A stretch of DNA of 64,000 nt, taken from assembly GCA_973895155.1 (NCBI GenBank), contig OZ316897.1, positions 3,318,211-3,382,210 of the forward strand, written 5' to 3'. The notes under the pieces are model-generated. The model made no database searches. It saw only the letters and a list, made by a program, of their open reading frames with translations, and was not told the origin of the DNA. Each line of letters starts with the position of its first letter. Position 1 is the first letter of the stretch. The stretch comes from Marsupella aquatica (Eukaryota > Plantae > Marchantiophyta). Shown here in pieces: positions 1 through 11,754 of the stretch. A program made the position numbers and the translations under genes.

Positions 1-2315
1 CGATCCCTTTCCATGATGTAATGCCATTTCATCTTGTCTTCGGCTTCCCCTCTGAGGCGATCTCCCTATGCTTGTTGCCAAGACACTCATTCTCATGAAT
101 ATGTTATATCATTTCAGTAACCCTTATACTCAAATAGAAGGCTTGCATTAATGTCAGAAACAGTAACAATGCTTCTGTATCGGCTTACCCATGTTCAGAT
201 TTGTTTACTTAATATTGGTTTCTGTAGATAAGTTCTTAAACTCTCTTGTATCTATTTACTACTTGGTCAGCTAATTATCAAACACAAAAGCATAGACATC
301 TAAGCAAAACTTATATCCTTATTCAATCCAATCTGCTATGAGTAAGAGAATGTCCACCACCTTAGCTCTACGATCTACTGTTAGAAAGCACTTTGGAAAT
401 TCTTTCATCAACACCATTTTCACAATTTCTTAGTGTAACAAAAGACGACAAATTATGCTTGTTGGTCTTGGAGTAAAGACCTTCTCATGAAGTTGTCCAT
501 CACGAATTGTGACACATCTTGCATAATTCATCATTCGGTTCATCAACTTTGACTCATCAAGAGCCTCTTCAATTTTTGCAATAGCATTTTCTTTGATTCT
601 GCAAACCATAAAGCAATCCAACTAACAGCATATATTGGCAATAATTTAATCGACAACCAACTTTTGTATGGATATATCGTTGAAAATGTTTGTTCAACCA
701 AACCTAACGTATTTCTTCAATCTCCAACTTCACTTGAAATTTTTCCATCCTCCAGTTATAAGAAGACTAGAAGGTCTGTTCCAAAAGAATTTCAACGGTA
801 CACAACAATCCAAAACATAATTTTGGTTTGGGCTAGAACTAAGACTTTTCAAAGGTAATTGCCTTCCTATCTGGGATCTGACTTCCATCTCAATTCACAT
901 ATATATAGTCCAAACTGCCACAAACACATAACACCCTAAAACTTATTACTATCTTGGGTATGAGCATATATGGGCACTGCAGGGCTTTACTGTGGTCAAG
1001 TGAGCATTGCCCGGGTGTGTCCTCTTTCTCCCAAAAAGAAGAGGGAAAGGGAAAGAAAAAAAGAAAGAGCCTGGTTAGATTACAATTAGCAAAGGTGGTA
1101 AGTGGCGGTAAACACCTAACCTATCCTCGTTTTGACGCTTCAATATCTCTGCATCAGAGAGTCTGCCACTTTTCCTCTTTCGCTCAGCTTCCATCTACTT
1201 AATTGCACAGGGTGGACATGCAGTTTACCAAATGAGCAGTAATGCATTAATCACCTATACAATCTGAAGAGCCTAACTATTCCTGATAAATTAACAAAGC
1301 AATTTACCATACCAGTTGACTGCATGCTATTGATGTAAACGCGATGCATGACTCAAAAACACATGAACGAGCTCAATTGATGATATCCTATTCCTAAAAT
1401 GTGGCATCTCGAGAATGTGATTGCAGACTGCCACTTAGAAGAGTGTGGCTACTCCCAAACCTTCCGTCATAGATGTAAAGCATTGGAAATTCTAATATTT
1501 TATGGCAACACAATGTAAGGGAGTAGGTTGAGACCACATGCCTTCAACATCATCTGTTTTCTCTGATTTGCCACTGCATGGATTCGATCCTGCTCAGCTT
1601 GCTTCTCAGCCAATATTTTTCTCTTCATTTCATCTGTCAATATGACTGCTCTCTCCTGTTTTTCCAACAAATCAAGTGAACCTTTCAATACCTCCTGACC
1701 TTCTTGGAGAATGGAGCTCACTTTTTACACGAGTTCTCCAAGTTACACTATTCACTTTTTCTCAAGATTATGTCCAGGCAGTAGTATTCAGAGAGTACAA
1801 TTATTGTGTTTGGAAAACAATTTGAGATGTAAAAAGACCAGAATTTCTCTATGGAAGCTTTGAGATGATTGTTTTAGGGTGATGATGTCTTCTTCCTATT
1901 ATGTATCCTGGAAAGGTAGTACTGTTTAGAGAAGTTTTTGAGATTGTGCAAGAAAAGGACTAGCCTTGATTTTTTCAATGTCATCTTTTGAAATGATGAC
2001 TGTGTCAGTGTCCTCTGGGGTGCTCTTAGATGAATCTTTCAATTCTTCTTTCTTCTTCTTGACACCCATACGTTTTTGCCTTCTCCATACCTCCAACTCT
2101 TCCTGTAAGTACAATTGAATCAATGAACTAATTCTTGAGAAGCAACAATCAAGACTTGATTCTGATAGAATACTGAAGTTTTCATCTTAGGTGCAAATTC
2201 AACTAGGATCCAATTATTGATCTGATGGTTCAATTTTAAGATTCACAACTGCAATTGAGATTGAGAGAGCAAATCTTACCTTGTGCTTGCGAGATTCTGT
2301 TGGTTTCCTTGCCAT
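1..2315 (-). CDS. CFAP45: CFAP45/CCDC19-like cilia- and flagella-associated coiled-coil protein, 5' part (continues beyond window start)
   Basis: Phase-compatible exons 2315-2280 (MARKPTESRKHK), 2102-1965, 1655-1542, 1194-1121, 598-481 and 65-<1. The peptide ...IEEALDESKLMNRMMNYARCVTIRDGQLHEK... resembles the conserved CFAP45 block (DEVKxMNxMxxYAKCVTIRDAQ). Two donors must be GC to keep the frame. Confidence 0.75.
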
Positions 2316-3996
2316 TGTTTCTAGCTTTGTACTTAGCTGTCAATTTTGGAAATCGTCCAGCCCTCTTTTGTCACTCCAGAGTTTTCTCTCGAAGTAACAC
2401 AGTGGTGTTTGCAAAATTAACTAATAACTACTGAAACAAAATCAATTGTTTTGGGGATTCTTCTGTAAGTACTTATCACTTTTTGGATATTTACGTGCTA
2501 GTGGTACTCCAAATTGAACCTTTGCCATTCATCATTGAGTACCCAATGAGATGGTCTCTCAACAACATATGATGAACAGCGAGCCCAGGCTAGGACAAGG
2601 TTAGTATTCTTGCATTGGTCCTATCAAAAACAAATGAGAGATAGTTTCAATCCGACTTAGCATCCATCATAGATTAGGCCAGCAAGACGTTGTGGACTCC
2701 AATGCAACAACTCAGACACACTTTCGAGTCTTGAAAATCACTAGTGAGACCATCACAATATGTGATCTCAAATGCAATTATCCTATTTGTAAACAATTGA
2801 ATTCACATCTACAAAGTGCTGGAGAAGGAATTGGACAGTGGCATTGTATTCTTTCCATCAGACAAGAGTAAGTTCCTTTGGCCAATGTCTTGTCTGGAAT
2901 AAGAGTATCCAGAATTATCTTTGATGGCAAACTTTACAAAGAAAAGTAGGGGGGTTGAGAACTGGGTATCAGGTGATATCAATCACCAGCTCTGAATGTA
3001 AATCACAAAAATACACATAATCATGGTGGAGCCCATGTTGGAGCAATTTGACGTCTCATCTGTAATAACACTTTGGAACACAAGAATGGCTTTATAAGGG
3101 AGATCAAATTGAAATCAATCTTACAGATTGGTCTTGAATTTGCCTAGTGGACTGGGCATTGGTTTCTAGCATCCCACGTGGTTTACAATGTGGTAGCAAA
3201 GCTGGACGAGACCCTTGACAGGAACTCTGTCAAACTTTGCTTCATCAACAACTTACGAGGGTCAATATCAACGTTTGTTATAGTTTAAGAAAAATCAGTC
3301 ATCTGGTAGATCAAAGAACCCTATCCCATGAGAGTGTTTGTAATCTCAAGGCTAGGTACTCATTGTGGAGAACTCAGCGAGGAGGGGAAGTTCAAATCCA
3401 GTTGAATTGTATGAACACCCATACCATGGTCCAAAATATTCCCAAGCATAATGAGGGTTTAGGCAATGTGTTTTGTACTACAAAGAGGAGCTTAAATAAT
3501 TGATTGTAGCTTGAAGTTAACCTAACCAAAGGTGTGAAGTAAGACAAATTTCTTTAACCTAACCAAAGGTGTGAGAATCCCAAAACAAAGGTAAAGTAGC
3601 CTGTAATGTAATGTTCCCCATTTAAAAGATTCTGATGATAAGAATAATGATTAATCATCCCTTTTAAGACTTTGGATGAATTATTTATGAACCCGTTTAT
3701 GAATCACCTTTAAGCAAGAATTAATTAGTTACAGACCCCCATTAGGGATCCTTTGCAAAATTCCTGGATCCACAGCATGCCACGCCCATCTACTGCAATT
3801 GTTTTCCAACTTTCCTTGAACCAAGCGCTTTACTTATGAGAAAAGTAAAAATAAAATCCAATAAAACAGGGAGTTATAAATTTTAAACTCCCCCCCCCCC
3901 CCTAAAAGGAAAAACCTAAAAAGCTAAAGTGCGATGGAACTTATGGAATGGACTATGGAAGATCAATAAAATCAATCTGTTCAAGGAAAAGGTGTT

Positions 3997-4329
3997 TTTT
4001 TTCTGTTGCCTTGAAAACCGAAAGCAGGCCCATCCAACAGAGGATAGACGTCCAGCTTTGGAGCATGCAGTTCTATGTAGGGCAGTCACAAGGGGACAAT
4101 ACCCAAGGATCCGACAGGGACCCAGACCAGGAGGGAGAGAGGATTAAACCAGAACCCAAAGTGGACAACCAGGGCTGAGGAGATAATCAATACTCCCACC
4201 ACTACACCCCACCCACACACACACACACACACATACCCTCCACACCCCTTATGTGTGGAGGGAGGATTGAACCTGGGACCTCTCGGTTCTAGGCTCATCC
4301 TCTGGCCAACTGACCAAAGCCAGTTGGTT
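3997..4329 (-). mobile_element. tRNA-derived SINE
   Basis: 13-bp TSD AGGAAAAGGTGTT at 3984-3996 and 4330-4342. On the - strand the head carries Pol III A-box-like TGGTCAGTTGG and B-box GGTTCAATCC, with an internal (GT)n and an A-rich tail. Confidence 0.8.
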
Positions 4330-5090
4330 AGGAAAAGGTGTTCTACACTAAGTACAGGTAACTGAATAAATGAATATTGAATGAAAAGGTAGTCTGTGTT
4401 GAAGAAACACGGTATTTGAGGTCTGTACTCAAGAATTCATATACAAAAATTTTGGGCTACCAGACTGTCATTAAATCTGCTCATCAAAGATAGAATATAT
4501 TAAAAAATTCAAAATTGAATGCTTTAAAAATATTTTGAGCCAATGAGGGAAAAAAGTCAATTGGCTTGGAGTGAAAGCATGAAAAAAATTTAAAATTAAG
4601 TGAAAAGGAGAAAAAAATTATTTCTATGGCAAGTGAATAAGAAACATATGAAAGTGGCAATGAGTGTAAACCCTCCATAATGACAAAAGAGAAGAAAACA
4701 ATGAAAGAACTTCAATTAACTTGATTCTTAACTGAATGAATAAAATTGACACTCTGTTCTTAGATTCAAATAAACAAAAATATTCTATCATTTGTGTAAT
4801 AAAAATATCATACTGGAATCAAGCTACAGTAGGTACAAGTGCAGATACTCAAGTTCAGACACTTGATTGGTATAGTAAAAAGGTATAAAGGCCAGCATCT
4901 GAATAAAGTGATAGAAGCCTCCAAACTATATGCTAAAATCTTAATTCTGCACAGCACTATCTTCTTATGCATTGAGAATGTGCACAAAGAAAAGAAACCA
5001 CCAAAACATATTGCTAAAACATGAAGAAATTAAGGATACGTCATATGAAACTCGAGTGTACAAATAGGTTTATTGATTAAAACAATTTTG

Positions 5091-5430
5091 AACCAACTGG
5101 CTCTGGTCAATTGGCCCGAGAATTGGCCAGGATGAACCTAGAACCCAAAGGTCCCAAGTTCAAACCCCCTCCCCCCTCCACATGCAAGGGTCGTGGAGGG
5201 TGAGTATGTGGGTGGGTGGGTGTAGGTGCGAGTACTGGTTTCTCTTCAGCCCTGGCTGGTTCGCTTTGGGCTCTGGTCCCACCCTCTCTCCCTCCTGGTA
5301 CTGGGTATGAAACCACCCCCCCCCCCCCCCCCCCCCTCTCGCTTACAGGCACCCCACAGAGGTGCATGTTTCAGAGGTGATCGTTTATCCTCTGTTGGAT
5401 GGATAAGCTTTCTGTTTTCAAGGCAAAAAT
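5091..5430 (+). mobile_element. second, diverged copy of the same SINE family
   Basis: Starts AACCAACTGGCTCTGGTCAATTGG like the 3997-4329 copy, with B-box-like AGTTCAAACC and the shared tail TATCCTCTGTTGGATGG...TTTTCAAGGCAA. TSD not clear. Confidence 0.7.
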
Positions 5431-6837
5431 ATAAATTCTATGGCATATCTTGCCTGGGCCTGGGGCACTTCATGAAATTTATTATTTATCTGTCTTTGTC
5501 AGGTTTTGCTTTACCTAAGACAGCCACAAGGAGCTGTCCGTGTGAATTGTGGGAGTAAGGGCCCCAAAATTAATTTGTGGGAGTAAGGCCCCCAAAACCT
5601 GACTCCCCAAAACTTGACAAATTCCTGTGGTCACCATTAGATTGTCATCTATATCCTCTACCCCCACCCCTAAACCCTTTCCAATCTGTTGGGTCTCATA
5701 ATGTGCTCCTGGCACTTCTGCTCCCTCTCCTGTCGCACTTGAGGGTGGTGACAATTATCCAATCATGAAAATTGAAAGGTTGTGCACCATTAGATCATTC
5801 CCATCTAACCAAAGTTATTTTAATTCACAGGATCGACAAGGTACGAATAATTGAATAAAAAGAGTGTCAATGTAATAAATGTTGGATTTCATGTTTTGTT
5901 GTTACGTATTTCAAATTTTTGAAATGTACTCCCTTGTAGGTGGAAGCCAGTGCCAAAATGAATTGTATTTGATTTTCCTTTTATTGTGAATATTGAACTT
6001 TGCTTGTACTGATGAAGGGCAAATGGCCCCCCATAATGATCGTCCTTTAGAACAGTACAGTCCCCACCATATATAGACCATTTTTAATTCAAACCTTTCA
6101 ATTGCAATAGGGGAAAGTGAAATGGCAAACACAAGGCCGGCGCTCTGTTTTTGAAAATGAATTTTTTTAATCAGGATAAGAAAAAGTTGTTTCAACTCAT
6201 ACACAATGTCATTTTAACAAAGGGCACTATCTTTGTATGAGGTGTTGTGTTTGAGTTTAGAGGTGCATTTAGAGTAGAAGCTCCAGTCAAAGCAGATGTG
6301 ATGAGACATCCGCCTCAGTTGCAGTTTAGTGCTAGTCAGCCTGGCCAGCCCAACATCCGTAGATGGAGCATCCAATTCTACCGTAGGCTTTGCAAGTTAT
6401 CATGATTGCAATTGATTTTGGCCTGAGTTGTTGTCATTACCTAGAACACAAGTACGGTGTAAGCAAAATTTGGGCTGTATAGGACTTACTAAGTAATCAC
6501 ATTGATTTGATAGTAAGGTGTTGGTTTCTTACTTTGCCTTGTAGGTCACTTACAGGTGATCGAGTGGTACTGATGCCCTTTGATTCCAGTTTTCCCGATA
6601 ACCAAGGGTTATTGTAGATATGACTTCTATGTGCTACCATACACCCAAAGAACAGGGCAAGCATCAGGGCTGTGGTTTTTGTGTAATGCATGGGGTGATG
6701 CATTTAAATTGACATGTAATCATTGACTTCACACAGTCTGATAGCTTTTGAGTATGACTTACTTTATGGTCCACGAAATGTAACATCAAAGTCTGCCTTC
6801 TTTTGCATTACAAATCTGTGTAATTTCAGTGTTTGAA

Positions 6838-7334
6838 TTCTTTTTATTTTTTATTTTTTTTAAGGGGCAAGCCCAAAAGTTTATTAACTGGGGCCATACA
6901 AATCATCTGTCTGGGGTTAGGAGACAGGAAGGAACAAAGCGAATTAAGGGGGCCATAGGAGAGGGGCACACCCAGAGAAGAGAGGGGGCAACCCCCAACC
7001 CAGAACGCTAAGAAGAAGGTGGCAGATCAGAGGAGGGAGGGGGACCCGGAAAAATGTGTCACTAAGCAACCTAACTAAAAGGAACAAACTTGCACCAAGA
7101 GCAGTATCATAGCCTAGAAACAACCATAGGAACAGACCCAGGAGCAGCCCACAGCTCCATCCTCCTCAGACCGCCAAAACCATGGCCACCAGCCACCGAG
7201 CCAAATCACAGTAACCAGCAGCCGAGACCACACTGATGAGCAATCCCCCATTCCAATAGGGGAAAACCGAGGCCCCCCTAAAGCCGGAAGGGGAAACCTG
7301 GAGAAGAGAACACCCGCCCCCCCCCCCCCCCCAA
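6838..7334 (-). mobile_element. 5'-truncated non-LTR retroposon (LINE 3' UTR-like or SINE)
   Basis: TSD CAGTGTTTGAA at 6827-6837 and 7335-7345. T-rich tract at the left end is poly(A) on the - strand, with AATAAA at 6880-6885 (-). Confidence 0.65.
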
Positions 7335-7507
7335 CAGTGTTTGAAGTCTTTAGCTACATTCCTTCATTTCTTTAGAGAGTACCTTGTTTTCAAAGTAGAA
7401 GAAGCTTGAACTTGAATACACTTCTATCTAAGACACATCTGTTTCATGCCTATCAATCCTGTTACACCGTACTTTCAGCTCACAAAGACAAAATTTGAAC
7501 ACTACGT

Positions 7508-7725
7508 TGGGATTCACACACAACACCACGAACCCAAAATCCAAAAACACAATGCCCGAGGCACTGTATTTGAATCCCACTATTTGAATACAGGCTATGA
7601 GGCTATTTTTGGGGGGTTGGGATTCACACACAACACCACGAACCCAAAATCCAAAAACACAATGCCCGAGGCACTGTATTTGAATCCCACTATTTGAATA
7701 CAGGCTATGAGGCTATTTTTGGGGG
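7508..7725. repeat. near-perfect 110-bp tandem duplication
   Basis: TTGGGATTCACACA...GAGGCTATTTTTGGGGG occurs twice head-to-tail. Confidence 0.9.
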
Positions 7726-8195
7726 AAGATGATACTTTCAAATTGAGTTTATGTTAGGTTTGTTGGCCAGAAATGATGGAGTGTATTTGCAGTTTCAAAT
7801 TGACTTTATGTTAGGTTGGCTGGACAGAAATGTTGGAGTGTATTGTATGTCAGACATATATAATATATGAACTTATAAGCTACTCTACCATGGAATATTG
7901 GTAGGGCATTTTCTTGCCAGAAAATTAGCTTATCTCAAAGCCGTCAAAATTTAGAACCTAACTCAGATTTAATTTACTAACAGGGTAATTTGCACAAAAG
8001 TTTAAAGCAGCAAGGAATTGTCTTTAATTGAATATACATAAGTGAAGTCATGATGGCATGGGAGAGGAGAAAGCGGACCTCTGGGTTTGCCAAAATGCTC
8101 TGATGACTTAGTTAGGCAAGGCTGATGGACTGTATTTTACCCACAATCTCACAACGAATATATAGTTAGCGTATCTCAGTTGCGTGTTTATTATC

Positions 8196-10500
8196 TATGG
8201 TCCAATTTTTTTAGTTGGTCTTCTTGTCGTACTGGTGAGATTCCGTTGACACCAAGTTTGTAATTCTTTCCTTCCTATATCAAACAGATACTCTTGAACC
8301 TCGTTTGATCGTTTCCAGACAATTCTCAAGATCCCAATGTTAACAAACTTGTGGAGTGAGAGTCTAGAGAAGCATTTCCCTTACACTTCTTTCAAAAAGA
8401 AACTATCATTTCCAAATCATATCCAATAACCAATATAGTTTATAAATGATGGTTGATTCCTCTGTTAGCAAGAAGCGACTCATTGCTGAAAAATAATTAA
8501 ATAAATAGCTCAGTAAGACCTGGTTTAGCCCTATGATTGTGATACTCTTGGTAATATATCCAAGGTCACGGAATATTACTACCCGCCTTGCTCCGCATAG
8601 GCTAAGACATGCGAGAAGACATGAGTCAACCTTTAAAGTAGACATGAGACCGTGAAACTTTCTATGCTCCCTGTGAATTCCCTTTAATTAAGATATTCTT
8701 TTATTTCTTTTATTCTTCAGGAAATGTACCTTCACCTGCATTCACACACATGGTGACAATTTTGTTTTATGCGTTGTCATTAAACATATTTTGCAAAATT
8801 AACACCAAGAGGTTTCACAATACATTTGAGGTAGCTACAGTCCCACAACAAGCAATGGAGAAATTTGAGGATATCTCATTCAAGCGTTTTGCTCAGCCTT
8901 AAGACGTCAGTTTTCACCCCTCTCGAGAGCTTTGTCTGGGGATTGGATGCACAGACCTGGTAGATTCTCTGTATAATTATCTTGGGTACGTGCCCCATTG
9001 GAAATAAGTCAAAATCAGCTGAGCTGAAGTTTAGATGAATGAACCTGCCAAGTCGCTTTTTCACTGAGGAATACTAAGTGGTTAGCGATAGGCTGACCCT
9101 TTTGAAGCATATTTCATTGGGGCATGCCCGGATTTCAGTTTATGGTACCTAAGCTCCTCTCCAGCACATAATTATGCGGTTTTCACAAGCTTGAAGGATC
9201 CTTTTGGCCATACTGTGGGGGCTGTACTGCCAAAGGCAACTCTGAGCAACCTATGCTAATTGTATTGCAGCAAATATAAATCCAGGAGATAACCAGGATT
9301 AGAAACAAGTGCATGTTGAGTAAAATGATGATTACTTGTAAAACTGGCATTGGCATGTGCGCATAGGCCATAGGTCCACCAGAACTGGGCTATAGTCTTC
9401 CTTGTCAGGTAAACATATTAGGGCATCTCAAAGTTCAAAGAAGCAACAGGCCATAAATTCTGTAGTTGGTATACAATGTTTTTGGTGTTTCAACTATCCT
9501 TGTGATTAGGTTTTCTGGTAATGCCCTGTTGTCAGGATGTTATCATATACATAGTTCTCAGAGACCTGAAGCCTCAAGCAAAGTTGAGGCGGGGGGTCAA
9601 CTTTTATGTCTTAACCTGACTGGGAAGACTATAGCGCAGTTCTGGTGGACACCAAAAATTGTACCCTCTCCATAATTGGCTTTGGTAGAGGCTGAATGGA
9701 CTGAGTGAGGTTTATTACATTAGATGTGCTAATAAGGAATCCCTTTACCATAGCTACCAAATAGTACCTCCATTCAATACCCAAATTGTTGAGTTTGATT
9801 TTGAGCTAAACATGAAACTGCTGGGTTTTGCAAAATGAATGTGGAGTTCCCCTCATCCAAACTGATTTCCCTTCCATTCTAAAATTAGTGAACAAAATCC
9901 TCAAAGAAACTGTAAATTCTGTTAGGAAGACAGGTTACCAGCATGTAAGTATTTATGGAGGCCCTTGTGGTTCCCATAACCTGTTTCCCTGGTAGTAACC
10001 TTTTTTTGGACAAAAATTATGTACTATAATTCATGTCTGGTAGGGGTTGGAGCCTAAACCTTGCTCCAAAAATACTCCCAAAACTTTCTGGGCTACCTCC
10101 ATCAATTTCTTTTAACTTTCTGGTCAGAGGGTTAATGGTCAGTAACCCCAGACTTGCATTATTATATACTTCTAGGAAGGGTGAATGGTTAGTAACCCAG
10201 ACTTGCATTATCCTGTACCTGTAATAAGAAATTGTCAGGCTCAATTGATTCCGTGTTTTCTGTGAATGGGGTTCGACAACGCCTTCTAATAATCGTCTTC
10301 TCTCACCCTCAGAATTACTAAGTGGTTCACTACGTTGCTTGCATTCAATCCCATATTCCGTAAGTTGCCACGAAGGTGGTAACGGAATCACTAAGCCTCC
10401 CTCGTAACTCGGAAGTTTTAATAATAATCCATGTCGACAATCATGTCGTGGCGATCCATGCGCGAACGCGACGACGTTATTTAATTCCTCGTGCTCTGTC
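8196..10500 (-). other. possible spliced gene of unknown function
   Basis: Exon-like segments with AG acceptors translate to protein-like runs (EHRKFHGLMSTLKVDSCLLACLSLCGAR at ~8585-8670; LSLHKFVNIGILRIVWKRSNEVQEYLFDIGRKELQTWC at ~8196-8363), plus the 201-aa ORF 10017-10622. No family recognised and the gene model is not resolved. Confidence 0.3.
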
Positions 10501-10780
10501 CCCGTTTTGTGCCTTTGTCTCCATGGCATGTCTATGATTAGAATTCCCCGTCTTTTACTGTCCTCTTCAAGCCGCCAGCCCGAATCGCAAAATGCCATTG
10601 GCAGGGCAATGGACCATGTCACAGCTTTTAGAGCCAGTACTGTACTACTACTACTGTGAATTACTAGGCACAGACCTCCAATCCTTCATAGTAGTCGACG
10701 ACATGACTCATCAAGCCCGAGGCAGCCGTTGAAGGCGTTGGTTGAGGAGGAGGAAGTGGAGAGGACCGGGAGCAGGGGAA

Positions 10781-10815
10781 AAGGAAGGGAAGGGAAGGGA
10801 AGGGAAGGGAAGGGA
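10781..10815. repeat. (GGGAA)n microsatellite upstream of the 5-phosphatase
   Basis: About 6 GGGAA units. Confidence 0.85.
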
Positions 10816-11754
10816 GGAACCGGATTCCGGATGGAGGGAAACTCGAGGCACCACTCGGCCACTTTCGGGAAAACTGGTCTCGTGGTGGGTGTTTATTATG
10901 GGTACTGTTATGTGTAGGAGGAAGAGAGCGAAAGGAATGAATGAGAGGGGGGCCTCCTGGTTCTCAGCCTGCATGATTTTTACAAGATCATTATGATTTG
11001 ACTGTGTCTGGGATGCTGGAGAGAAAAGCGAGGTCCTTGTTCACTGTGTCGACTTATACGCTATTAATAACAAGCCAGTCGCCTATGTCATCAACGTGGG
11101 ACTTCCCCACTCTCAGAGCAATTTTCCTCTGATCCATCTACCGCGTTTTGGTATTCATCAGCCCCGTTTGACAAAAATCGATTACCAATTTCGGCTAAGT
11201 GCTAGCCAGGGCTGATTTACTCTTCTTGCAGCAGTTTAGTTGCGAAGCCTCCTCCACACCCATCAATCAACATCCATTTTTCTTCTTCTGCCGTTCTTTT
11301 GATGGAAAAGTTTGTTTGGAGTTGGTACAAGTACAGCGGTTCGATCGAGCGAGGATTTTTTTTTCCCTTTATGTTGTGCGAGAATGAATAACTTGAGCAC
11401 ATAACCGTCGAAATTGCCGACTTCGCTTCGTCTTCTGTTGGTTGATCGAGAAATTTTCCGAGTAAGTGGTGGAAGCACTGTTGTTCGTGGGCAGACTGAG
11501 ACTACTCCTCGTCCAGCAGTGCACATGTCGTCCTTGGACAAGATGAGCGTCCAGCGTACTAATGGAGTGATCACCTTCATCTCAGGCGCTGTGTGTTTGT
11601 GCTCCCATTACAGTCATCAGCAGCAGTTGTGCTAGTCGTTTAGATGGCGGGGACGTCGACCTTTTGCGAAGGAGGAGGAGGAGGAGGCGGAGAATTGAGG
11701 GAAACATGGATGAGATTCAGACCGTGAGAGGAGGCGCACAGGGAAAAACGAGCC

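Noticed and set aside
2500-3600. Possible Gypsy remnants (GIRVSRIIFDG, LKLNLTK-like)
   Set aside because: Too degraded; only isolated short resemblances.
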